Counted from the first letter of the stretch, positions 1 to 12,359 are shown. The stretch is DNA of 45,850 nt from Rozella allomycis CSF55 (GCA_000442015.1 KE561091.1:1-45850), one strand, 5' to 3'. A program made the numbers and translations. Notes: generated by a model not told the origin, from the sequence alone.

Positions 1-39
1 TTAACCGAAAGGTTGGTGGTTCGAGTCCACCATGGAGCG
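1..39 (+). tRNA. tRNA-Asn (3' half, truncated by window edge)
   Basis: Anticodon-arm end, T arm GGTGG-TTCGAGT-CCACC and acceptor 3' strand ATGGAGC-G; identical to 196-234 except one base; T-rich Pol III terminator follows. Confidence 0.88.
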
Positions 40-160
40 TTCTCTTTCTTTTTTTATCAATTATGCAGATACAATTGTTACTACCAAAAGAGTAATTTTC
101 ATACTCTGCCTATATGGCTGAAAGTCAAGACATTATTGAATTTTGGATGGGTCGCTGTAA

Positions 161-177
161 GCTCTATTGGCGCAATT

Positions 178-217
<40 letters not shown>

Positions 218-234
218 GAGTCCACAATGGAGCG
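161..234 (+). tRNA. tRNA-Asn(GTT)
   Basis: Cloverleaf: acceptor GCTCTAT/ATGGAGC, D arm GCGC/GCGC, anticodon arm TTCGG-CTGTTAA-CCGAA, T loop TTCGAGT; poly-T at about 242-247. One T-stem mismatch at 226. Confidence 0.93.
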
Positions 235-353
235 AACATAATTTTTTCTAAAATAAAGAAAACTTCAATTTTTGTTGTATTTACGAAATGGGTTAAAAAC
301 GCCCTTCATGAGAAATCGGGGTTTTAGCCAATTGAATTTCAACACAAGGATCC

Positions 354-1265
354 TTAAATTTGTGATTTATTTAGCATCTCAATTGTTATATACTGTAAAA
401 AATGGTCACTCAAAATTGGTTCCTGTAGAACATCAATAGACACCTTTTCAATTTGCAGGGGAATTTTAATCTCTTTCCAGGCGTTTATAGCAATTAAATA
501 ATCGATACGACCTTCATTTTCAGGAAAAGTTACCAGAGGGTTTATAGGGTCATATGTTTTCGTTAACGAAGAGCCAAGGTCTACAGCTAACCCTCCATAA
601 CTATTGAATGCCGAAAATAGCATTTCATATTCATCTCCTTATTTATAAATTAAGAATGATACCTTTGATATGTGCGCGTAAGTTGAAGTCACCACAAATA
701 AGAACTCCGAACTCCTTTGGTTTAACCTGATCGCTTCGTAGCACATTGTTGATAAACTCCATGAACTCTGCCAATTGCAATCGTTTAAATTCATTTGAAA
801 AGGCATCCAAGTGGGTATTAAATACGACAAGAGTTTTGCAATCTCTTTCTAAAATTAGAGCACAGCCCCTTTCCCTGAATTAGTTTCTGAATTTCTAAAA
901 ACAAATTCAAATGTCTTTATAACCCTAAAGTTGGAATCTTTTTTAAGATATATCGATAAACCACCAGACTTCTTTAGAAAGGTTGTAATTGTAGCAATTG
1001 TATCACAAATAATATGTACAAGCTGATTACGAAGATATACAGATGGTTGGAATGAACCCGTTCCTATTACTTTTCTATAATTGCGGTGACTATTTAGAAC
1101 TGAATTTCCTGGACCCCAAGTTTCTTGAAATATAGCAATGTCTGGCATTAATTTTTCAAATATTTCATGTTTAATTTTGTGAGAACGTCCATATATGTCC
1201 GTAAATAAGGTGTTCTTATTGAAAAATAAAGGAACCAAATAGCAGTTCAAGGTCACAATTTTCAT
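354..1265 (-). CDS. Endonuclease/exonuclease/phosphatase (EEP, DNase I-like) family protein, sphingomyelinase/ISC1-like; spliced
   Basis: Motifs across exons: TLNC, IFQETW, KGAVL, NTHLDA, ICGDFN, RIDYL, LSDH, the canonical EEP catalytic set. Confidence 0.8.
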
Positions 1266-1369
1266 AGTTTAATTTTAGGATTTCTAGTTTAATTTTAAGA
1301 AGGACAAAAGGTAGAAGAATACATTCATAATACTTACATACTTTTTTTAACTTCATAAGTTTTTTTTAA

Positions 1370-2175
1370 ACGATGTGGATTCCATCGTTTAGTGCTTTGC
1401 TTCGCACAACCTTCTTGCGATTTCTTGCAGCATTTTCTTCTTTTTCACCGGACGAATCAGTAGCTTCGATGAAACTTTCAAATTAAATAATGATTGGATT
1501 CAGCAGGTGATGGAAATGTATAATCAAGTAGTGGAAGAATACAGCAAAATTTCTTTACTGGGAGTCCAAATCCAAATGCTGTCACAACGCGAACTTGTCA
1601 ACAACATGTACAAAAATCTTTCAAAGCTATGGAAAAAAGACGCAAGCGAAAGTAGGTATTGCTATCCTAAATTCTCCATGTATGAATAACAGGCAGCGGT
1701 GATTGGCTTAATGTGGTACCTGTTAGTGGCCTCGGTTTGACAAGACTTGGGCTAAATTCTTTAATCATCATGGCCCATGTCTTGAATGTGCAAAAGGTCA
1801 ATCAGACTGTTATGGTGATTACGCTACAGGAAAACATGATTTGGCTAACAATTTTCCTTGTGGCATCTCAGGTGGGTTGGCACCACAAAAAGAAGTTCAG
1901 GACAATGAATCACTTAAACCAGCATTTTATTCCTAGAAAATAGCGTTAATGTTTGTGTAGACGTGACCACAGACCATTGGTTCTCCTTATGTTGAACACG
2001 TCTTCAATAAAACATTGGAAGAAGGTGCGGCGCTCATGAAATCTCGGGATCAAAATATTAAGAAATATTTGGACAAGTGTGAGACCAAAGATTTGATATT
2101 TTTCCCTTTTCACTGGAGGAATGGACGTAGATTCTTTGTCTTTCCTTTCAATGATTCTGAGAAGACTGGCATAAA
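1370..2175 (+). mobile_element. Degenerate CRE/R2-type non-LTR retrotransposon relic (zinc knuckle + restriction-like endonuclease region)
   Basis: Frameshifted translation gives GSGDWLNVVPVSGLGL (1692-1739), CLECAKGQSDCYGDYA, VCVDVT (1951-1968), KKYLDKCETKDLIFFPF..GG (about 2060-2120), in the order expected for RLE-encoding elements; many stops and frameshifts. Confidence 0.75.
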
Positions 2176-2652
2176 CATTTAAATAAAAAATGTGTGGTGG
2201 GTGAGACCCATAATCCATTACATTATGAAATAATCATAAAAAATGATGAATGAACAATGTCGACAAATTTAATGACTGTTAACTTTAATTAAGTAATTGG
2301 AAAGGGCGCTGGCTTTTTAAAGACTTTATCTTATAATCCCGTGTTCAATTCCAACAGATGCGGGCTTTATAGCTTGATTTATTTGAAATTTTCAGGAGGG
2401 CTTGGTTGATCCCAAGGGCCAAGGTGATTTTGACGAATGGTTTCCCCTTTCTTTACTTTAAATGAATATTTAAAATATAAAAATATTTTGAGACTTTGAG
2501 TCTTTGACATAAATATTTTATGGTATTGGTGACAATATCTTTAAGGTAAATCAGCGACGGCAATCGCAGCTCACTAACATCGGGAAACCATTAACCAGAC
2601 TACCAGTTGAAACTAAAAGTCATATAATTTTCGAAGTGAAACAACACTTTAT

Positions 2653-3031
2653 TTATGAATTTTGTTTCATGTAGGCAATTAAATCTAAAATAGTCATTAT
2701 AATATAATACCTGCACGCTCTTGAGCTTTTTTCAAGCCAGCGAATATCATTTTGGTTCCGGGGATGTACTTCTTTGGATTTTCAAGATATTCAAATAAAG
2801 CTTCTTCGGTCCATGTTACTCCTTTGTTTTTATTAGCATCAGAGTAAGCAAATCCCGGAACCGTCCCGGAGACCCTTCCTATGATACCATGCAAGGTAGG
2901 GCCTTGTTTAGAAGGCCCATTCTATTTCACAACAAAAATGTTATTACAGGCTCAAGTGTATGGCATTGAGAACATCTTGACATGAAGAGTTTCGCTCCTT
3001 TTTCAGCATTACCTTCGGGTACTTTCCCCAT
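2653..3031 (-). CDS. CYC1: Cytochrome c (two 26-nt introns)
   Basis: Spliced: [40 protein letters not shown]...[36 protein letters not shown]; CxxCH heme motif. Confidence 0.97.
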
Positions 3032-3383
3032 TGTTATTGACCAAATTGGTTACCAGGGTCTACAATACGTAATTTTTATTTGGCGAATTTGGATATTTCA
3101 GTAATGCGTCATCTTTAATTCAGTGAAAATCAGTTGAATTATATATTTTTTTATTATCTTAAATGTAGTCTCACACGATTGTTTTTCGCCACGATGAAGG
3201 TATCATAAAAAATATTACTGAAATTATAGGAAGAGGAAGAAGGTACAATTATAATTTATGTTAGAACTTAGAAGAATCTAAAATTTAATTTTAGGATTAC
3301 GATAAACAATATTTTTTCATTGTTGTCATCGTACGAAGAACATAAAACTATAAACTGAGACATTAACAAAAGATTTTATATAC

Positions 3384-5334
3384 TTAATGAATTTTTGGCA
3401 ATCCACACATTTCACATGTTTCCGGATTCGATTCGTTAATGAAAGTGCAATGAGGACAAGACCAGTGAACACCTATTTTAACTTCTGATGAGATAACAAC
3501 AAAAAGTTTACCGGAACATTTCTCCACTAAATCCCTCCATGACTGCGATTCTGTGAGGAACCAACAAAGTTTGGATTGATCTTTTTTCTTTAATATATCG
3601 ATAATTGTTTCTACATCAGCCTAGAAAATTTAAATTGTTAATTTTTTACTTTGGAAAACCTTTCAATGGATGTTAGATACAACAAGAAGCCAAAGTCACT
3701 TATGTCATTCATAGTAGATATTTTCGCCAAGTCAAATAATTTTGGTTCAGGATATCCTAGCGGGACCCTATTCATTTTGGGAAAAGAATTCGATAGAAAG
3801 AAGGGCGTTTCGTTTTCTGGAAAGCCATGGGTCAGATTTACCACTAAATATTCCACAGGGAATACTGGTTTAGCTGATTGCTGAACTTCAATATTGTATT
3901 CATTCTTTTGCTTAAAAAACACTTCAGGGACATATTTTGTCTTTGTTGGTTCTTGTACTCGTAACAACGACGGGATCGTACAACCTTCAATCAGGTCGTT
4001 TTCCACCAAGCTCATCGCAACATTTGACATTTGATATTCTTTCAGAGAAACATTTCCATCTTCATCGCCTGTAAATAGCAATAAGCACTTTTCTTTACCT
4101 GAAATAACAATCGTGACGAATCTTGAACCGAATTTTCCAATTTTGGCGTATTTAGTCAAAAAGGGGTATTTTGATTGAAATCGTGCAATGAAGATAGCCT
4201 CAAGACCGGAAATAAAGAAAGATTTTGCATGTCTTTTACAAAGTACTTTTCCGTCACCGCTGCCGGCGTCAACTAGATCAGTGTAAACCATACCAACCTA
4301 AATCAGTGTTTTGAATATTTTATACAATTTGTAATCCAACGCAATCCAATAAGTCTTTTAAATTACCCTCCATGGGATCGTGTAGAAGCTCGATTCCATC
4401 AACTGAACCATCTTGAGGTGGTTCATAAATTGCTGAAACGATTGCTTTTATTCCAAGTGGAACCTCATCATAAGCAGCGTAGCGGCCTATTAAAAGTCCA
4501 AATCTTTGTAGACCTGAACTACGCCAAGTTGATAAGAAATCGTCAATAACAAATGAAGAGTCAAATTCAACATGATCTACCATTCTAAATGCCTTTCAAA
4601 ACTGAAATATCATTTTACTTGCGGTTGCAAACTTATTGCAGAAGGTTGACAATAGGAACAAATTCCAGTGGGAAACGGCGCGTGTCTGTCGCATTTCTTG
4701 ACAGAAAAGTCAGGCTCATCAAGTAAAGGAACGTTCGCCATATTGGGATTTTTTATTTTAGTTTTCTTGAGATATGAGTAAAAGGATAAATGCTTTATCT
4801 TGTGTTCCTCGAGATATTTTTCATCAAACGGCTGCAATTTTTAATACGTATCGGTATTACTTCTAAAGGACAACAATAATCACACATTCCGTTATTATTA
4901 TGACGGCAGAATTGTGGATCTTTTGCTCGTAAAATTAGACCGGATTCCTTTTCTCGGTTTCCATCCACATCATCAAATCCAAAATATGAAACAGTCTTAT
5001 TCTCATTTCTGTTTTGCTCGATTTCAAACATATCAACGCGACACTTCAGCAACACAATTTCTCCATGCCTGTTAGACGTAACTGATCTAAATACCTAAGA
5101 CCAACATCTCTAAAAGTATTAATTCCGTCAAAATCACAAATTTTCGTCCCGTTTTCTCTGCATAAAAAGTAATCTTTAAAGTCATATGAATCAACACCAA
5201 TAATTTGCATCAGCGATGCTAAAATTTTTGCATCAATATTGTTTTCAGGATTTACTGTTAGACGATGTAGTATTCCGCTTGGTAACCTCACTCTGACAAT
5301 CTTTTATCAAGGCTATAGCTCGAAAACTTACCAT
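3384..5334 (-). CDS. NPL4: Nuclear protein localization protein 4 (Cdc48 cofactor) with C-terminal NZF/RanBP2 zinc finger; multi-exon
   Basis: CRHNNNGMCDYCCPLE, KIKHLSFYSY, CDRHAPFPTGICSYCQPSAI, AIYEPPQ, FPVEYLVV; last exon WSCPHCTFIN...CEMCGLP; ATG immediately followed by an intron. Confidence 0.95.
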
Positions 5335-5364
5335 TGAAAATGACGAAATTTCATAATTAAGCCT

Positions 5365-6910
5365 ATGATACCAACATACACACAGGATAAAAGTACCAGC
5401 AAAACATTTGATAAGAAAAGAAATAGCAGAAATAATCAAGCAACATATTGAAGATGGATCGGAAACCATCAATTTGTCTGATATGAAATTGCTAACGTTT
5501 CCTGAAGAATTGATGACTTTGAAAAGTGAATTAGTAAGGCTTGGGTTGGCGTACAACTGTTTACATTCTATTCCTTCTGAAATAGTGTCTTTTGACAGGT
5601 TGAAGTATTTAAACCTGAAAAAAAATTCATTCACCGAAATACCTGAACAAGTAGATTAACAATATTCTGATTATAGGTTTGTTTCTTAAGGAACCTGGAA
5701 ATATTAGATATGAGCAAGAACAAAATTTGTACTATTCCTAAAGACATTGAGAATTTGCGCCACTTGAAGGTTCCAATGCTTTTAAATCATTAAAGGTTCT
5801 TATATTGAGTAGAAATAAAATAAAAGTTATACCGCCAGTCTTATGTAGACTTGGAGAACTCCGAATATTTAACATTGAAAAGAACCCAATAATGTTCCCT
5901 CCTCCTGATATAATGAGTGGCTTTAATGGGGAAAGTTCCAGCTCTATAAGAGATTTATTTGATTATCTGGAAGAAAATAGTAAAAAAATAATATACGATA
6001 AAAAATAGATGCTTCTTTAATGTTAACTAACCAGTAATTTTACACTATTATTTTAATCAATTGGAACATTTCAGACGACAATTGGATTTTATTTTTCACC
6101 AAGAACTTAGATTCGTTTGATTTATTTCTTCAAAGAATGTTGGCCTTTTTGCACCATAACGAAAAGAGTCTTCTTGAAGCAACTCAAGTTCAACACCTGA
6201 TTAAAGACATGGAAGAAACCATAAGAGGATTAAAGAAAATGAGAGATTCCATGCCTGCTTTAACATACAATACTTTGAAAGGACTCATTCAGCAACAGCA
6301 AAAACTTGTTGAATATTCAGCTATTGCAACAAATCACACTCTTCGTTGGTTTGAACAAGGCTACCAAAGCGATGGTTCATACCTATTTTTTATATCTTCG
6401 TTTTCTGGGTATTGTTCTCTCTTAAAATATTCTTGTTTTTATCTGTCAAAATTTATGACTGACGTCTTTTTGCCTTTGGCGTCTGAAAAGACAAACAACA
6501 ATCAAGAAGAAATTTCGAACGCACAGAAATTAACATATTTTAAATCAATTGTTTTTCGCATTCAAGATAAAGTCAATTCAATATTTGACGATGCTGCACT
6601 TGCAGTGTATGCTGAATCGTCACAATCAGAATTACTTAACTACATGAATAATATAAGAAATAAAATGGATTCATTATTCAACAATGTTAACGTGACAGTA
6701 CCAGTACCAGAAACCTTTCAAATTGATTCATTCTTCAAAGCAGTTGGCGAATTTGCTACAGTCTTCATGGAGTTTGTGTTGTTTATAAAGGAAAGGACTA
6801 AACGTAGTTCCAAAATCGTTGATAACCTCTTTATGCAAAAAATTCAGCATGCGACCGCCTTGACCAAAGAACTGACTGAAATCCTTCCGTTTAAAACAGT
6901 AAAAAAATAA
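5365..6910 (+). CDS. SOG2: N-terminal leucine-rich repeat protein, RAM-network Sog2-like; spliced, start approximate
   Basis: TINLSDMKLLTFPEEL...LVRLGLAYNCLHSIP...LKYLNLKKNSF, further LRRs, NPIMFPP cap, helical C-terminal region. Using ATG 5365 needs a 1-nt correction near 5415. Confidence 0.65.
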
Positions 6911-6918
6911 AGTTTATT

Positions 6919-7686
6919 TCACATATTTTCAAGGCTTAGTATCATTTTTTCTCTTTTGGTTAGTGGAATCAGGCCTCTGAGGTATTTTAATGGGCATTTT
7001 TCATTCCCTGAATGCGCGTTTTTTACACTATCCATTTTAGTTTTAGATATTGTGTTTTGTGCGGATCTTTTTTTGCGGGGCTGTGGAAACACGGTCGAAA
7101 GGCTGTTTGTACAATCGCTGCATAGCGCTAATGACGAAGTGCTCTTCTTGTATCGAAACATTTTGCCACATTGAGCACACTCGTATGCCTAACATGATGT
7201 TTTCGAATATTTACTTTTCTCTTTTTATTCATAGCTTCCGTATTGACAAAGGGGCCAGTGGGGTGCGTGGAAGAGTGTAACCAAACAAAACTTTCTGGAA
7301 TGATGCCCTGTTCTATCATCAGTTTTGCCTTTTTAACAGCCTCGTCATTCAAAAATTCAGTTATATTTTCATATCTCCTGATGAGGTCGCTGTTTATGGT
7401 CCACTCTACAACTTCTGATTTCATAACTATAGAACTACGTTTAATGTGATAAATGATTAGTACAATGAGGCGTCTTCAAAGTAACAAACCAAATGCTCAC
7501 TGCTTTCGTCAACGCTTGGAAGGGCCTCTTCACTCATTAATTTGACAAAAATATCATATTCTTCTTTCAAGACTATCTAAGAACTATTTGTCAAATGTTT
7601 ACTAACGCTGGCCACCAAAATTTGGCATCCTTGTCCTGTGGATCTACAAAAACTACTCTTCCCTCGAAAGGAGAGGCAGTCATCAT
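6919..7686 (-). CDS. PWWP-like domain protein with C-terminal CxxC..CxxC zinc motif; spliced
   Basis: Exon 1 MMTASPFEGRVVFVDPQDKDAKFWWPA; later LVCYFED; after a 26-nt intron AYECAQCGKMF...LCSDC. Confidence 0.6.
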
Positions 7687-7818
7687 GGAAATTTCATAAA
7701 CACGCGAGCGAAAAATATTTCCACCTTTAAGAGGATCAAGACTATAATATGCTACAATTTGCCTTTTCTATTAAGTAATTTCAAATTGTTATGGTTCACT
7801 GCGCCTCGATTTGGTTTG

Positions 7819-10800
7819 ATGACACGAGATCGGCAGCTACCGAATCCACCTATAGGAAAAAGAAAAGATAGCAAAGATAGCTTGAGTGAATTGCATTCAT
7901 TGGTTAAAGAAGATTCTGAAAAGTTTCTCTCATGGAAACCTCCCGCTCCGACGGGTAATTGACATTAATCAAAATGATAGAACCACCAAGTCTCAAGATC
8001 GAGGCAAAGTCGTCTCAAAATAATTCATCGTCAAGCGTTAGTCAACAGCCTATACCAGTGCCATCAACTGCTGGTAGGAGGAAATCTTCTTTTAGCACCA
8101 ATTTCGTCAATAAAATCATTAGATTGTCTAAATTGCCCGGTATTTTTGTAGATAATAAGAAGGTAAGAATGTTGAATAATGTTGAAAAGGACACCAAATC
8201 GGATGCCTTTACAATTGTCAAATGTTTTAATTGTAATGGCGATGTTATTTTTCCAGAGGGAATTTCTCTTAAAAGATGCAAAGAATGTGGAAGTGAGGTT
8301 GGACCGACAATTGGATCATTGGTTCTGGGTGTATTGAATGGCCACAATTTAGCTGAACCTGGACAATGTAAAGCCATATTTTGTTTATAACATAGATCCA
8401 TATTTTCGAATTTTACTGGGGAATCAAGGAGCAAGAACAAAATTGGGTAAAGAATCCAAGTCACCGAGATGGGAAGAGGAATTTACATTGTAACAAATAT
8501 AAACGCAATAAATTTAGCCGGGTGACAGATCATGACCAAAAATTAGTTATAATTCTGTTTAGCTGTGCTAATGGAAAGCCTGGGCCAGGGGATGCCTCAT
8601 TAGGAAAGATAGAAATTCCATTGGCAAGCATTAAGCCGAGGGAGAAGACGAAAGTTTTATTTGGATTTAAACTTAATGAAGAAACAAAAAAGTTTGAAGG
8701 GTTTGTGGAATCACAAAAAAATCTGAATGTTCATTTGCAAAAGCGACGATCGATGAATCAAAATATAGCATCGCCAGAGTTTGGACTTGGTAATAACCCT
8801 GTTATTCTTTTGGAGTTTTCCTTGATTCCCAATCAGAATTATAATGAAATATTCCAAAATGCGTTTGTAAAGCACAAGGAAGCATTAATTTCACATTCTA
8901 CCCCGCATGGATGTATACCAGTGAAGATCATGGTACTTCCAAAGCAAGAACCGTATTACTTGAACATGGTCTATGTCAGTTTAAAACATAAAGCTACCAT
9001 TTCGGAAACCATATCAATTTTGTATGAAAAATTAACAGAGCAAGAGAAGGCTGTTGTTAATGGGATCCAAAATCTGCGAATATCCGAAGTAATTGAAGGT
9101 GCGGGTAAAATATAATACATTTTAAAGACAAGAAAGACTTGCCGATCCCAAAGAGCAACCACTTGTTCAATATGATCATTTGAGAATGGATAACGAAGAT
9201 TTAGAGATTCATTTTTGTTTGAGAACAATAGATACATGCATTAGAGATAAATTAGATATTAAGAAAGATAATTATGCAATTGATGGATTGCATTATGGTG
9301 GCGGTGTAGTTTCCGAAAAGAGAAAATCGTTGAACCAAATCAAGAGAAGATCATCGCAATTTGCGAATATATCAGATACAGAAAAGAAAGAATTTTCAAA
9401 GCTATCCATTGAAAAAGAATTTGAAGAATTGAAGGATGTAATGGATCAGCCAAAGCAAGAAGAGAATGTTACAAGGAGCCATGAGAGTGATAATAAAAGA
9501 TTTTCATTGAATGAAATGTTTGAAATTCCAATTTCTCCACCGCCGAGGTTGAATTCTCCATTTGTGGAAAACAATGAGATTAAGAAGGAGCTTGGGAGTG
9601 TTGAAGAAAAGGTTAGAAATTCCTTTTTAGAATATCAAAATGATTCATCAGACAAAGCTTTGAATGTCCTTGAAGTAAAGTTGGAGGAGGCAATGAAAGA
9701 ACTAGGGTTGAAAGCTAACCAAGTTGAAAAATTGGAATCTGAATTTGAAACATTGAAGTATTTGAATTCAAGTTTAGAAACGGCGCTTGAGAAAGAAAAA
9801 GAAGAAAAGAATAATTTAACACAAGAATTGGAATCTACACAGAGACAATTAAATGAAACTAAAAGTATTTTGGCTGAAAGGGAAGAAGGCCTCTCTCAGT
9901 TCAAAGAAGCAATTCTAAATTCAAATAAACAAATCTCATTAAAATCTTTACAAATTGAAGAATACGAAAAGATAATTGAAATCCTAAAATTAGAAAACGC
10001 TGAATTGAAACAAAAAATAGACCAGACTGAAATAAATGTGAAAGAATCAATAGATGAGAATGAAGATAATGAAAATGATGTAAATGAAAATGGCGAAAAG
10101 GAAGAAGATCAAGAAACGTTAATCACCAATAGTGTTGCTGCAGAAATGAACACAATAGCTAATAGAGAAGACAAAGAAATTCAAACAGATTTCCACAGCG
10201 CCAATTCTTTCAGTTCAATTGCCACTTCCCCAATCTACTTTAAGGATTTCAACACAATTGAATCACAAACTGAAATGATTAATAAATTAGATCAATCAAC
10301 TCACACTGATGTTTCTCATTTTCAAAATCAATTGACTTTAAGTGAAAACATTATCAACACAGATTTAACAGAGTCTAAAGATTTAATAGCGTCTAAAGGT
10401 TTAATAGCGCCTAAAGGTTTAATAGAGTCTAAAATTGATTGCATAGAGAATGTTCAAACAAACAGCGACAATAAACCTATTTCAATTGTTACAGACTCTC
10501 CAATAAATGCTGACAATGTTTTTGAAATGAAATCTTCGCCTTCTGGAAATTCTGGTTTTGATTTTCAAGAAGAAAGAAGCAAAAAGAATGTCAATTTCGC
10601 TCCAATAGTTGTCTTGATAGACGCTGCCCTCGAAGGAAACATTGAAGACGTTCGTTCATTGTTGGAAAAGGGGGTTGATCCCAATTCAGTTAATGAAGAT
10701 GGGATAACTGCGCTGCATTGTGCTGCATGCAATGGTCACGTGGAATTGGTAGATATTCTATTACAGAAAGGTGCTAACGTTAATGCTACAGATGCCGATG

Positions 10801-11187
10801 GATGGACTCCGCTTCATGGTGCCGCTTGTAGAGGCGATTTGGATGTCATAAAGATGCTTCTAGCTAAAGGCGCAAACATCGAAGCGAAAACAGCTGATAA
10901 AGAAACCGCTCTTGATTTAGCAGAAAATGTAGATGTTTTCACTTTATTACAAGGTTATTTCAATAAAATATTTTAAATTAGACTGCAAAGAAAGAAAATA
11001 CAATGGTTCATGTTTAACTGTTCTTTATGACTTTGATCCTTCAAGCGAAATAGAAATGTCTGGTGATGAATTAGCTATTAAGAAAGGTCAAGTCCTGAAT
11101 GTTTTAAATAGAGAAGATTCAGATTGGTGGTTTGTAGAAAATGAGCATGGACTTAGAGGCTATATTCCTTTTTCATTTGTGCAATAA
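7819..11187 (+). CDS. ASPP/PPP1R13-like multidomain protein: Zn ribbon, C2, Ras-association domain, coiled coil, RVxF, ankyrin repeats, SH3; spliced
   Basis: CFNC..CKECG; C2 (DPYFRILLG..RTK..SPRWEEEFTF..LGKIEIPL); RA (ERLADPKEQPL..IHFCLR after a 28-nt intron); KNVNF-APIVVLIDAALEG; GITALH, GWTPLH; SH3 VLYDF..ELAIKKG..DWW..GYIP. Confidence 0.85.
10362..10433 (+). repeat. Coding minisatellite, 4 x 18 bp
   Basis: gatttaacagagtctaaa / gatttaatagcgtctaaa / ggtttaatagcgcctaaa / ggtttaatagagtctaaa encode DLTESK-DLIASK-GLIAPK-GLIESK. Confidence 0.9.
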
Positions 11188-11326
11188 ATACAATTTATAA
11201 AGTTATGCGTAGATTCAATTTGCATTTTCTTTAATAAGAATCATTTGATAACTTTTTTACGTACCTTATGTAGAATCGCTTTTAATGTCTACTCTCTGCC
11301 AGTAAATTACTAAATTTCCTTATTCA

Positions 11327-11672
11327 ATGGTCCAGTCCGTCTTTTCGCCTCGTAAAAATCTCAAAGATAAGGAGGATATGGATACATTTCTAAATGTAAG
11401 ATTTCCACATCATCCTTATACAGAACAGAAATAGACAGACAATACTTGATTCTGATTCACCCGCGAGACATTTTCCCTTGCCGTTTCAAAAAAGGGATAT
11501 GATACCTAGGACACCGTCCAGAAATATTACAGAAAGTCAAAAGGATCTTTTACGTGCCAAAAATGATCTTTATTATAGATCGCCAGCAGGAATCGGTGGC
11601 ATATCGATCACTATCGCTTTAATTATTTGTGCATTCACTGTTTTTATGGTTTATTATCTCATATTTTCATAG
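11327..11672 (+). CDS. Small hypothetical tail-anchored membrane protein (one intron)
   Basis: MVQSVFSPRKN...FLN, GT-AG intron, NRNRQT...; C-terminal hydrophobic segment ISITIALIICAFTVFMVYYLIFS. Confidence 0.55.
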
Positions 11673-11755
11673 CATTCATCCATCGCAAGGTAACATCATC
11701 AAATCAAGTAACAAACATCAAAAATAGAATAAATTGTGAGCACAGTTTTTATTTC

Positions 11756-12359
11756 TTACACGCTACTATTTTCCTCAATAAATTTTTTCAGTTTCTGGTA
11801 GCTACGTTCTAAGTCGTCATTGATGATGATCAAATCAAACACACCTGCCGTTTTACTAAATTCAATTTCTTTCCTTGCAGCTATAAGCCTCTTCTTAATA
11901 CTTTCATCTGTCTCTGTACCCCTTCCTTTAAGTCTATTTTCAAGAATTTCTATACTCGGGGGTTGTATGGAAACATAGAAGGGATTCAACGATGATCTTT
12001 TCAGTGATAATACCCCTTGCATGTCTATGTCTAAAATACATTGTTTGCCTGATTTAGAAACCTCTAAAACAGCATCTATTGATGTGCCGTAATGATTTCC
12101 AGAAAACTCTGCGTGCTCTATAAACTTTCCTGAATTTACATCCTCTTCAAATTTTTCTCTACTGATGAAGAAATAATCTTTGCCATGCGTTTCACCAGGT
12201 CTAGGACCTCTTGTAGTGTCTAAATTTTATGTTCAGGTAGAAATTTTTACGAGATACTGAAAATCCAAAGCGATTAGGAAAGTCGACAAAAAGTTTCTTA
12301 ATTAATGTGCTCTTCCCGGCACCAGATGGACCGCTTAACACTATCGGACGTTTCGTCAT
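11756..12359 (-). CDS. GUK1: Guanylate kinase
   Basis: [19 protein letters not shown]-loop; [33 protein letters not shown]. Confidence 0.96.

Noticed and set aside
1507..2218. Short ORFs 1507-1689, 1713-1943 and 1946-2218 as genes
   Set aside because: They are fragments or antisense frames of the retrotransposon relic.
2290..2430. B-box-like GTTCAATTCC and WKG..GGLG LINE-like peptide traces
   Set aside because: No cloverleaf or A box, and the peptide match is too short to support.
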